The notes under the pieces were generated by a model, which made no database searches, was not told where the DNA came from, and saw nothing but the letters and a program-made list of their open reading frames with translations. Below, piece by piece: positions 26,218 through 38,032 of a DNA stretch of 64,000 nucleotides. Position numbers and translations under genes: made by a program. Positions within the stretch are counted from its first letter, which is position 1; each line of letters begins with the position of its first letter. The DNA comes from Iphione sp. A-MEVVRFRX5 (Eukaryota), in contig OZ320321.1 of NCBI GenBank assembly GCA_976226885.1, positions 43,648,001 through 43,712,000 of the forward strand, in the 5' to 3' direction.

Positions 26218-28699
26218 TTAGTACCATCCATGTATATGTACATGTACAAATGCGTCTGTATGGACATGAATTCGCAGAAGCGTGGCCCATCTCCATCCTG
26301 GCACCGCTGAACTCAACAAAGGCACCGTGGGGCGTTTCAAAGGCAGCAGGGGACAGAAGGTCTGTAAACCTGGCACAGATGGGGCGAGAGGCCCACAATC
26401 TGGCGCCCGATAAGCTTCTGATGAGGCCCGATGATCAATAGACCGCGTTGGGGTTGGGACAGGCCGCATTAGTACCGGTTGCGACCGCTTGGCTGGCGCA
26501 GAGAGGGGAAGGCGCCATTTGTCTCCCGGTTAAACAAGCACTCTTCACCACGCACCCCTTCCTACCCCGCCCCCATCCGAGTCCTCCCGGAACTTATCGT
26601 AGCCCGATGGAAGCTCCTCTGGCCACTGAGTGCTTGGCTCTAGGCTGGGCATGTCACTTCAAGATCGATACACCTCTAATGCAATCTGTTCGGCGGAGTT
26701 TACATCTGTCAACGCCTCCGCTGCTTGCTTTAATATCCTTCTCAGCACGTCTGTGACGCTGAAAGCTTCACTTGTTCCAAACCTGTCCTTCTGTCCGTCC
26801 ATCTTGGTCGTCAATCTGGTCAAGTCGCCCTATCCATGTGGCATGTACTCTTTTGTAAAATGCTCGGCTTAAAAGGGAAAGCCTCTGTCAGTCTCTGCTA
26901 GCATCTCATAACAAGGTTAATGTATGGATGAACTTGCTGTCTTTGGTCATAGGCGCTACATGCATCACAGAAAAGCTCAAACCGGCATGCCACGTGGCAA
27001 AACCCACATTTTTATATCGTCAAGCGGTGCAGTGTAAAACAATCTTCTTGACAATGCAGGCCACTTAATTACACCTATCAACAACCACACGTGTGCCTCT
27101 TTAACTCCGGTATTAGGTGCCACACGGCCACCAGAGTAGTCACAACATACACACGTGTTGAACGATGATCGACCGCCACCCCTGTGTAACGGAGGAGCCC
27201 CGGACACGCGTCACCGCCGCCATTATAGCCGCCGATCGCCGCCGGTCGTCGCCGATCGCGCTTGCTGAGCGCCAAATGCGGGTTGGCCCTCGGCGTCGTT
27301 GAGTTGACGAGCACGTGACGGGGCCACCCTTTCCACGCACATCTGTCGAACCCGCCGGCTGTTTATCCACATTTGTTGCGGACGCCGGCCACTGATTAGC
27401 CCTTGGATGAAAGACTGAGGTTGGCTTGACAACAACAAGCTGGATTTGAGCAGCCCCACATACTAATAAGACTTTTGCCTGCTGTATATAGTAGAAACTC
27501 CCTACTTTTGAGAAGCAATATATATATACATTCACATGTATATATATATGGAGAGAGAATGCAGTTTCTCCGTATCATGGGGTATCTTTGAAATAACCGG
27601 AACACGCCTGTCGTAGGCTTAAGTTTTAAATTTGCAGGTTAAGCTGCTGTGCAGGGCACGGCGCAGTTAATGTCCCGGTACTGCATTAGAGCGCCGCCTA
27701 CCCATCCGTCACCAGTTAATTGTATCGTAGTACTTCAGCCATGGTGATGTTCATAACCATCTGTTCATTAAAAAAGACTTATGGCGAGTGAACACATATT
27801 TAACATTCCATTAATTCACCATTTATACAGGACACATCATTCTGTGCTTCTTAGATTAACATTAATTGCTGACTAATTTTAAAGTATGCTTTAGCACTAT
27901 CAATGCTGTAGTGAATATAAAAGTTTTACTTAGTAATATCGAAGGGGACCTCAAATCTTTTGGAACAGATAGGTAAATTAGATGGAAAGGACCATTTTAT
28001 ACCATAAATATAGTCATGTATTTTTTATATTTTCTAATGTTATTCTAATATAATATTGCTATACTTTTTCGTGTATGGATTTCTTTCGCAAACTATCATG
28101 AAACATATGCATCGAATTACTTGTATTAGCCTATGCTATATTTTACAAACACTAAATGCTGTCAGTTCAGGTTTATACTTTTTATGGGTACGAAATTAAT
28201 GGATCTTAAGCACAAGTAAATCTGGTGTGAAGTCCGTCTTTTCAGCTATGTGGGCTAATATAGACACCATGGTGTATGTAAAATAAATAATGGAATGGTG
28301 CCTTTGGGTGAACACATGTACATGCACAAAGAAATAAGGTTAACTATTAGTTAAGTCCTGATATTACTAAAATTTGCCATCCTACGAGCATGTAAATAGT
28401 GTAAAAGAAGTGGAAAACAAAGCATAGATTCTTTTGTATTAGCTTTATAACGAGGGCTTTTCACCAGGAAAGTTATTCGCAAACAGAGGGGCACAAAGCA
28501 GCAGAAGGCGATGGCTTCACTTTTCCGATGTTTGTTGAAATATGTACAGGTTTATGCCGGAACACGCCCTGAAAATGAACAGTAAAGCGCAGGTTTACAC
28601 GCCTACATTTACACGTTAGTTGTTCGTGATTGATGCAATACGAGAACACTCATTTGCTCTATGCGATAAAAGTATATAAAACGTAGCAATTCGCTGGAT

Positions 28700-30695
28700 A
28701 ACAAAATTTGATGGAGGAGGTCCTGCCTAAAGAACACAGTCCTCTTCCTTGACCAAAACTTCGCACTCAGTATTCTAACTTACAGGTTTTCTTTTGTAAC
28801 GAAGAACACTCCTGTTGTATGCTGCATGGAATGCACATATTGACGTCCATTTTGATGATTACAACACCGTAGACTTATAATTACAACCTCGCTGTATGAT
28901 CGACTTCTCTGACATAGTCACATTTCCCAGGTGTGGTAACAACAACAGTGTATCATAACTAGTGTTAGGTGGACAATGGAAAAGAATTGCATCAGATTCA
29001 TATTAAAACTATACAAAGATTACTTCCCATTGCACTGTAACATATACGAATTACCCAATAATAAGTACACATGTATAACAAAGTAAAAACGGTTAGTTTT
29101 CACAGCACTTATTGATGATTTTAACATGAATTCCGTCAACATGGAAATCATGCATAAAGTCAGAATGCCATCTGACAAGAGTAAAGGTCAGGTACTTTGT
29201 GAATGTGTGTACTGGCGTCTCACATTGTAGGGTGAAGTAGACAAAGTGTCTAGCACTATATACACTATTTTCAGTATTAATAACATTCAACGCACTGCCA
29301 TAGTAGAAATAACAATTCTGGCTTAAAACACCTGTCTGCATGTAGTTTTTCCCATTCGTACGTACAAAAACAGGGTACACATACACTCACTAAGAAAGTC
29401 TCAAGCCCTCGAGTAATGTCCTGTAATTATACAAGCAACACATCTATTAATATTATGTACACCGAGAAAACGTGTTTCAGGCTGAGAGAATAATCGATAG
29501 GTATACATTCAAACACACATGACTGAATAGGCATTTACACTTGGAATAAATGTGGTTGTACAACGGGACGAGAGTTTTCCTGTCCCCGTGTCCTCTGACC
29601 TTTTGCGGTCGAAGTTCATGGTCCTTGGTCAGCGGTATTAACACAGATGTTTGTTTTATTTCTCCATGAAGATCATCTATGACAATCAGAACGCACATCA
29701 ATCTGATGAAAAACACATGCTTCTATTAATATTTACGCACATTTGCACGTCCGACGTTGTCTGCTACTTGCTTCGTATGAAAAGATGATTATGCATATGC
29801 GTAGCAGAGAAATGATTATTTGTTCATACATGTGCGCTTTTATCCAGTCTATTAATGTGTTAAGACACATTCGACAGGCCTTGCCATAGCTCATTCGGGT
29901 TTACTGGAGACAACTTCAAGCATTCTGTACTCATGCCTTGTCTTCAATGTCTTTAAGTCCTCTTGTGCATTTCCTTGTTCCTGGAATATTTGCTTACGTT
30001 GTCGTCATTAACTAGTGCTTTTTGATGTCGTGATATGTAGGTATGAATTGGTCACAATTGATGGGCATACTCAGCCAGGTTGGCAAGAATAAATCTCGGA
30101 GGAGAGAAGGATCAGTTGATCATAGGAGAGGATAGTATGAAAAGAGAGGTTAACATTATGGAACATTTGCTAGGCATCATGTCCCAGAAAATTCATTATC
30201 AATTTCATGATTCAGTCATTTCCTGATGTAACTTAGCAGTCTTTTGGTGAGAGTTGTGATAGAAAATGGTAATGAAAATGTCTCCGCCTTGTAAAGCAGG
30301 GACTGAGTCATCTCTCGTGTACCGAACACGCTCAATTGAAGTTCAATTAAGTCTTGCAGTTTTGTAACAATTCCATCCATTGCATGATATGGTCCGCGTG
30401 TAACCTTCACTTGCCGAAGGGCTAATAGTGTGTGGCGGAACGGTTTTCCAAGATGGCAACAACTTGTATGAAGATTATTGCTGTGAGTGACCGTCACAAA
30501 TAGACTATAATTGCCTTTACATCATACAGAAGTGATCATAATTTCACAGTCCGAGCCCTCGTCACTGGAGGCCTCGATTTGACACTTTTGCTTCTTCTTC
30601 CGGTTTGTCACTCCATTATTTTTCTTTTGCTTGTTACTTCCGGTTGCCGATCCTGGACTTTGACTGGATGGACCGGATATCTCGCCCGGAACTTC
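28700..30695 (-). pseudogene. Decayed coding-like region, probably a relic transposase or other mobile-element gene (family unassigned)
   Basis: 30216-30695 is one frame of 160 codons behind a good acceptor (ctctttacag|) broken by a single TGA at 30522. Further protein-like minus-strand stretches lie at about 30010-30080, 29477-29716, 29093-29386 and about 28790-28980, separated by stops and frameshifts. Confidence 0.4.
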
Positions 30696-33600
30696 CTGTA
30701 AAGAGATAAAGGGAAACAAATATAACTGTTTGATTCACAGCAATTCCACTCATCGCATCTCATATGTACATATATGATTTTTCTATATTCATTAAATACA
30801 TGATAATCAAAATGTTTACGAAATTTATCAAAACCATTTACAATAATCATAACTGTCTTAAATTGAGAATTTGTTTTTAATGAGGAACAAAACATTCAAG
30901 CAAAACAGCCATGCACGCACACACATGCGTATGTACAATAATATACAGTACAAGTACTCTATACAAAATCCGCATCTATGTAAAGTGCTTCTTTATGGCA
31001 TAAGTCGCAAGAATAATAACATACTTGGCAAATAGCTCGCAAAGTAAATCATTGAATAGAGACTATTGGTATGAGGTTGTAATTCTAGCATGGCGGGGCT
31101 TTATGGTATATATACGACTGATTCTCGAATCAATAAAATCTAATCTGACAATGATCTCTTGACATCCAAAACGTACTTCCTCTAGTATGGGACTTAAACA
31201 TGGGTCTGCTCAGAAACCACATTTGGATTTTCCAGTACTTTCCCATGGATGGGATTTCAGGATAAAAAGAGAGTTGCGCCCTTATCGGCAGCTGAAATCC
31301 GCGGCCTTATCAGCGGAGAAGAGTTTGTCGGACAAACGACGTGTCTATAATCGTCAATCATACGACGCGGCGTCGGGGGACCGCCACTCTCGCGTCGAAC
31401 GAGCCGACGCCGCCAGACCACGGCGACCCCCTTAGGAGGCATGCGCAGGCGCACTAGATCCGCGGCGTGTGCCAGATATCGCTGCGCGCAGGCAAATAGT
31501 CCCTCCGCCGAGGCTGGCGTCTGACAGGCCGCTGCGAAGACAGATCCGAATCAGCCAGCCGCGCCTGTCTCCGTGGACACAATTAAAACACTTGAGAGAC
31601 CGACAAGAATGGGCGGCAGGCGAATCCATCACATGCCGTCCACATTATCTATTCCTTTTGCCCATTAATCTCATTCTCATGCGAAAAAGAAGCTGTTGGC
31701 GTCTGTCCGAGAGGGATAATTTGAGGAGGTGGACATCGTAGCTGGTCCGACCATGGGTACATTGTGGAAGTGGCTAGCTGAGCTGGTAACCAGGTGGGAG
31801 TTACGGGAACATGTATCAGAAATATGTCCTCGTATATTTTCGCTCCCTTATCATCAGCCAGTATATAAGATGGTTATCACTGTTGTAGATGGATAGTGAA
31901 TCAAACACAAGCACACACACATATATATACACACACGTATATATAGAGAAACTTCTATTTAATGTACCCTACTAACTTATGTCAGCAACCAGTGATTTTA
32001 CCCCTTCTGGGGAGGGGGCGTTTCAAACCAAGGCCGCGTGATTTATATTTCGCCCTAGTTGCTACCATTATATCATGCGTTACCATGCAAATAGATATCT
32101 GTACCACCTGCTCCTGGACTATGACTCTCTATGTATGTCTGGATGGTCATATAAATCTTGCCCATTTGCACAACAGCTGCGCCCATGACCGCCTATCTTA
32201 GGCGGCTGACATGTCAACAGTAATCCCTGCTTGTATCTCACCAGTTGTTACATTTTTTTTAGTTCGTGTAAACTCCACGGATAGTGACCGTCCAGTGACC
32301 GTTATGTGATAACCACGGATAGTGACAGTCCAGGGTGCAAATGTGAACGTCTGTCGAAGATTAAGGGCCAGTAATCCTCTGGATTGACTGGGGGAATTTT
32401 ATGGTGGTTTTGGGTTATGCCCGTTGGTTCCTTCAACCTCTTCTATACTGGTGTATGCATGTATATGCTACCAGTGTGCTTAGTACATGTTGTATGTCCG
32501 AATCTGCTTTGACCATTCACACTCTTAAGCCATACTAGCAGTTCGGATGTGTGATTATTTGTCATAGGGTGCAAACTGGAATGCCTTTGGATACTTTATT
32601 TGCATATTATGGAACCGCAATACATGCAAGGTGGCCCTAGGAATTACAGTGTGTAACTGAAACCAAACACTTAATTATCTACAACTTCAACTCCAGGAAC
32701 GGGATAGTGATGAACGCGTTGTATTAATTCTTTTTGTGGGTAAGCCCATGGTACTAGACCTCGTACTAGACCTCGTTAGACCTCGTCAAGCCGTTCGGCT
32801 TGACTTTACACACAGTTAAACTATTGCCATAAACTATTGCCGACTATGTTAGTACCATCGTTGTTGCTACACAAACTCATTTGAATTTCTTCCTACAGCT
32901 GTCCATGTGGCCTCTCAGGGACACATTAATTGACCCTTCACTGAAAAAGTAAATGTAATTTGCAAACTGCAAGTTGCATGGTGCAACTCATGACGTTGGA
33001 ATATTCAGGTTTATGGATTGTATTGTTTACCTGCTATATCAGCACGACCATTGGTACCACTCATTCCGATGTACATTTGCTTGCGAGCAAATGCCATTTT
33101 GGCTCTGAACGACGCATCAACTGTATACATTGTAGCGGCCTCTATGCAATTAAGACATGGTGACAAGGAAGTAATGGGAAGATGTCCTCTATTCCAAGTA
33201 AGAACCAAAAGTGAGTCAGGTGGCTCTAGGGGTCAGCTTATATAGGAGAGTGAAGACCCTAGAGACACTGCACTCCTCAATCCGACCTCCACGGCAAGAG
33301 CCACACGCCGCATGCCTCACTCCGTGGCAACGATGTGTACATTTACTTGCATAGAAATGTAATCATATCTACATGTTAATACTATTTTATACTATTCTCG
33401 TGTATGCCATCGTAATCACTTAATGGATCATATAAAAAATATTCGCCTGTGAAACAATAATTCTGTCATGTGATTTTTTTGGGAAGATTTTGGAGAAGAG
33501 AGAGTAGAGAGGGTGTTGCATTAATGTGTTGTTTGTATAAGGAAAATCATAACTTTCCTTTATCATAGATGAAGTGAATTATAAAAGTTGTAAAAATTAT

Positions 33601-34343
33601 GCAATGATATAAAAAAAGTTGACAAACGTTTTACACTTTTGGCATATGCCTACTGCTACAACTAAAAAGAGAACAGGCACTACTACATGAAATAAATGTT
33701 TAAGTACATGTCACTTTTGTCACAAAATTCTTTCATGTTATCAATGAAAACATTTATAGGATATCCTTAATACATGTAGTTGACAATATTTTGAATATAA
33801 TGAAATTATTTTATGTTTTAACTCTCACGAGAGATGCAAACTTGCTTTTACGATAATTACATTTCATACAAGTCTTTACAAACCAGAAGCTGTCATTTTG
33901 AAAAATCCTCATGACTTAATCAAAATAACCATGCATATACCCAGACATGTACATAGTTGTATCAGAATATAGTTACGGCCTTCTCTGTCTAGGAAAGGTC
34001 CCATTCCATTGCGTTTTCATAACATGTATGTAAACATGTTTGGAATTGTGGAAACTTATCCACTGGGTGGTACAAGGATATATCCTTGTTCCATTACTAT
34101 TTAGGATTAACACTTTCCACAGTTCTCCATGGTTGTGAAAATTTGCTACATGCTATATGAATGCATGGAGACCCATCCTTAGATGCAGATGACTGAATAT
34201 GAGTATTGTTATCTGTAATAGAAGTGTTCAAGTTGTGATTGTAAATCCATGAATATTGTAGTGGAGACGTGCTTGTCATCCACTGGTTCCTTACCATGTG
34301 GTGTGAGTATGATCTAATAATAGACATTGGGGTTGATTGTTAT

Positions 34344-34793
34344 TGTGTAATCCAATGTTCAGGTATTGCATAAGAGTAATCACTCAGCTACTCTGGTAAC
34401 CACTCTGGTAACTTTACAGGAGCCACTATAGGAGCACCCAATCAGAAGGTTGCAGGTGTTATTTTTAGGAGCAGTCTAGACAGAATGTCTAGACAGTATC
34501 TATTTTTAGCACAGGAGCCAGACATATGTCTGGAGCATTGCTATTCTAAGACATTATTACATAATCACTGTATCATGTGACCTTTCTACAGGAGTATATA
34601 AGACTGTACTTTTTCCTGTAATAAACAGTTATTCTCTCAATTGCACTCTGAGAGAGCACCAGTCCAGCAGACTAGATTTCTACATTTGGAGTGAACCATA
34701 TTTTATGATTGTTGTTATCATTTCTCGTCACCTTCCTTGTCGGAGAGCATGCTCACGGTACAATATATTTTTTGTGGACTTTGTACCTACACA
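34344..34793 (+). mobile_element. Probable solo or truncated LTR (Gypsy- or BEL-like)
   Basis: TGT...ACA-type possible ends, short internal direct repeats (CTCTGGTAAC x2, AGGAGC several times), CATGTGAC then TATATAAG (34595) then AATAAA (34620), which is the usual U3-R order. No target-site duplication, PBS or PPT found, so boundaries are approximate. Confidence 0.5.
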
Positions 34794-37700
34794 TGTGTAT
34801 TTGTTCAAGTCATGTTACCTGTTTCCTAGGATACATTCTGTCCGTTTCGGGAGTTTCTCAGTATTAATTATACAGTGGTTATAATGTCGATAATAATTGA
34901 ATATGCTAACACTGCTTACGAATCGTATGGAGGATGGTGATTTGATTTACAGTTAATATCTGGTCCTGATAAGCCTGCTGGGAAGTGGTCCCTGTAGGTT
35001 TGCATTCAAAGAAATCATTGCCCGCTGATATATAAAACTATGGACTACTTTAGTCTATCTACATCCATTAGATTCGATCTGTGCAGATAAATGTGTTTAC
35101 TACATGTAATATTTCCTTTAACTGTTTTTTCTGTTTTTTTCGTCTGATCATATTGAATACACCGCAATGAAACATTCATACACGCCATATCCGAATGTAT
35201 CTTGCCAGTAGATGTATTTGAACCACATGCACACTTCAAGTACATCTGCGCTAGACCTCGGGTGTTATCTCCATATTGTGTGTACGGATGTACCCTGTTC
35301 TATTGCTCGTTGTTTTATTGATGCGTATCTGAGCTGCTCAAGGTTCCTGCTGCGTCTAAATGCCCACTGGGATGGGAGTGTGTTAGTCGGGACGGTGATA
35401 GAGGCACCCTCCCAGGGAATTGACGAGTATATAATAGTCAACAAGCGTCCATGAATCGTCGCTCTCTGTCACTGATAAGTATCGTCCCTCACATGTTTCT
35501 CGTGCTTGCCTCCCTAAACGCCAATTCCGACTTGTTGGTCTCGGCTGGTTAATTGGATAACTTGCAAGGTTGGCCTGGCGCTGCTTTCTTTGATCATTAC
35601 ACACCCTGCCTGGATTTCCCATTGGCAACCTCACCCTTCCAGCCAATAAATAGTGTGAAATCCTGTTACAACGTAGGTGGAAATTAAACTGTCATGCTAT
35701 TTTTTCCATCCAATCCATAGATGCAAGCTAGTTTTAGAGCCCATACGTCTTCAAATCCAAGCCAACACTTGTCTAAGGCAAAGTGGTTTTTATTTGCCAA
35801 AACCTCGGCACTATTAGGATGCCTCTGAAAAGCATTTTTCTCCAGCATTGTATTGATGGAGGAGAGGAAATGTCTGTATAGCTTTATGGTAAAGTAATGA
35901 TTGCAATTCTATTGGGATTTGTTCCACTAGGCCAGAGTAATCCTATGCAGCCACGTTGATACAGCTGCTGGACAAGCTCAGTTCCTTTAGGCTGCTCAAT
36001 TACGCCTTGATGGAGTGTTCCTATCATTCAGTAGCGATATTTTTGTTAAATTATTAAATATTGTCTACCTTCTCTAATGAATCTACCGGGAGTACTGTGT
36101 GCCTCGCGTCACACTCCGTAATTAAGGAAGCCGCCGGACCAGATTGAATTTTCTAAGGGGTTAATGATTGAAGTGGGCTTGCAAATGCAAATCGTTATCC
36201 CCCATCACCGGAGAACATGTTTTTCTGCTCTCGACCCAGCCGCTCTCATCCTTCTCTTAATAATCACCGTCAATGTTTTGAAATCTTGGGATTTGGATTT
36301 ATCGTCCCATTGTGAGTGCTGGCTGGCTGTGTCCTGATCGAGCTCTCCGCTGCCGGAGGCACCTAAGTGCTTGTCCAGGTCTCGCAGCGGTGATTTGCTC
36401 AACGCTTCTTTCTGCGCGCGCCGTCCCCGAGATTTGAGGTAATTATGTTTTCATATGGATGGTGCCATGGTGTATTCTCTGGTTCGTACTGATAGAGCGG
36501 AGCCTGCTGTGCGGAAGGCGGATAGCGGGCATTGTTACCCAGCTGCTTGCAGGGGTGAAAAAGAGGCATACATATTGAAGATGGTCCTGCAGATAAATAA
36601 ATTGCACCGCATCTCCTAGTGGAGGGAGTACGGCTTTGACAGTATGGGTGAGACATTTTCATTCTGTTTCATAATACTTTTGATCTCTGGCGCGTAGGAG
36701 GGGCTGTGTATATTCAGTGAGGACAGTGGGACTGTATTAATCATCCACCTCATTATTACAACCGAACAGACACTTTCTACGCAGAAGGCTGTCATATTGG
36801 GTAAATTACACTGTGTTACACAAACGTAAAACGGAGAATAGGAAGCCTCTGACATCTATTTCCGACCGACCGAAAACCACCTGTCGAGAATTGAACTACA
36901 GGAAGTGTCAAGGTCACCCTGTTGCGCAGTTTCCGCTCAGGAGTTGGGTCTGCTGCTGCCATGTGCGAGCTTTGTGTTCCAGATGCGCGCGCAACATCTT
37001 ATTCCTGCCAAAGTTGTAGGTTGGCCATATGCTACTGCGAGTCAAGCAGTGTACCATCCTGGCACGTTCTTCGCGCTGGTCTGCTCACCTTAGAGCATGC
37101 CATGTTGCCGTGAGGTTACGCTCCTTGAGAACAACATGCCGGCCGTAGGAGGCCAACAGTGCCCGAGGGTTTCTGTTTCACAGATGCCTGGGATGAACTG
37201 CGATGAACTTCTTGACTCTGTCAATATTTCCAAGAGCACATATTGTCTGCCTGCTGGCTTGTATGAACTACCGGATACCCCTGTTAAATATCACCAGTCG
37301 AATATTAAATTTCCTTTCTTCGGTCACTCCTAATGTAAACCCATATCCATCATGTTTAGATACAATAGACACAATGTATGAGACATATATGTACATCTGA
37401 ACATACGCAAACGTGTCCATAGAGAAATAGATAAAAAAACAGACTTATATACAAGCACCTACAAGGACAACTGTTCAAATCGCATATATACAAATCGGAA
37501 AATCGATGCGGTGGCAAATAGGGATTCCACTGTACATGTATAACTGCACATACATATGCGCACACATCAGTACATATACACATGTTCACGTATTTACACT
37601 GATGTCGGTGGCTTTGCTGGGGCGCACCTTCATACTTACTGTCTCTACCATCTCATTCACTGATGCATCAGAATCTACGGAGGGTGTGTGCTCATAATCA

Positions 37701-37857
37701 TAGCCATGCTTGGCCAGATTTTTCCGCTTTTGACGCGCCTTTAGCACAGCACGGACCTGAAAAATAGAATGACGTGTATATGTTATAGCACCTATACAAA
37801 AATATAAAACGTAGGAATAAGTGCCGATAATGTATAATGTTTTACAATGTCTACAAA

Positions 37858-38032
37858 ACATTGAAACAAAGTGTAAGTAATTTATAGAATTTATTACATA
37901 TCATGTAAACACAACATTGGAACAAATTGTCGGTAATATAGTTGATATCACATATCAAAAGCACTGGAACAAAGTGTGGGTAATACATATGTTAAACTAT
38001 CTATAAAAATATTGGAACACAGTATGGGTAAA
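37858..38032 (+). repeat. Degenerate ~48-56-bp minisatellite with a 24-nt conserved core (ACATTGGAACAAAGTGTGGGTAAT-like, x4)
   Basis: Cores at 37858, 37914, 37961 and 38009; the intervening sequences resemble each other. Confidence 0.75.

Noticed and set aside
29477-29716. VLIVIDDL as the Walker B of a Polinton/A32-type packaging ATPase
   Set aside because: There is no Walker A upstream in any frame I read, and the downstream arginine-finger motif is not matched. Kept only as part of the unassigned relic.
37858-38032. CRISPR-like pattern of four 24-nt repeats with 23-32-nt spacers
   Set aside because: The repeats are degenerate, the spacers resemble each other, there are no cas genes and the DNA is eukaryotic. 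It is a minisatellite.
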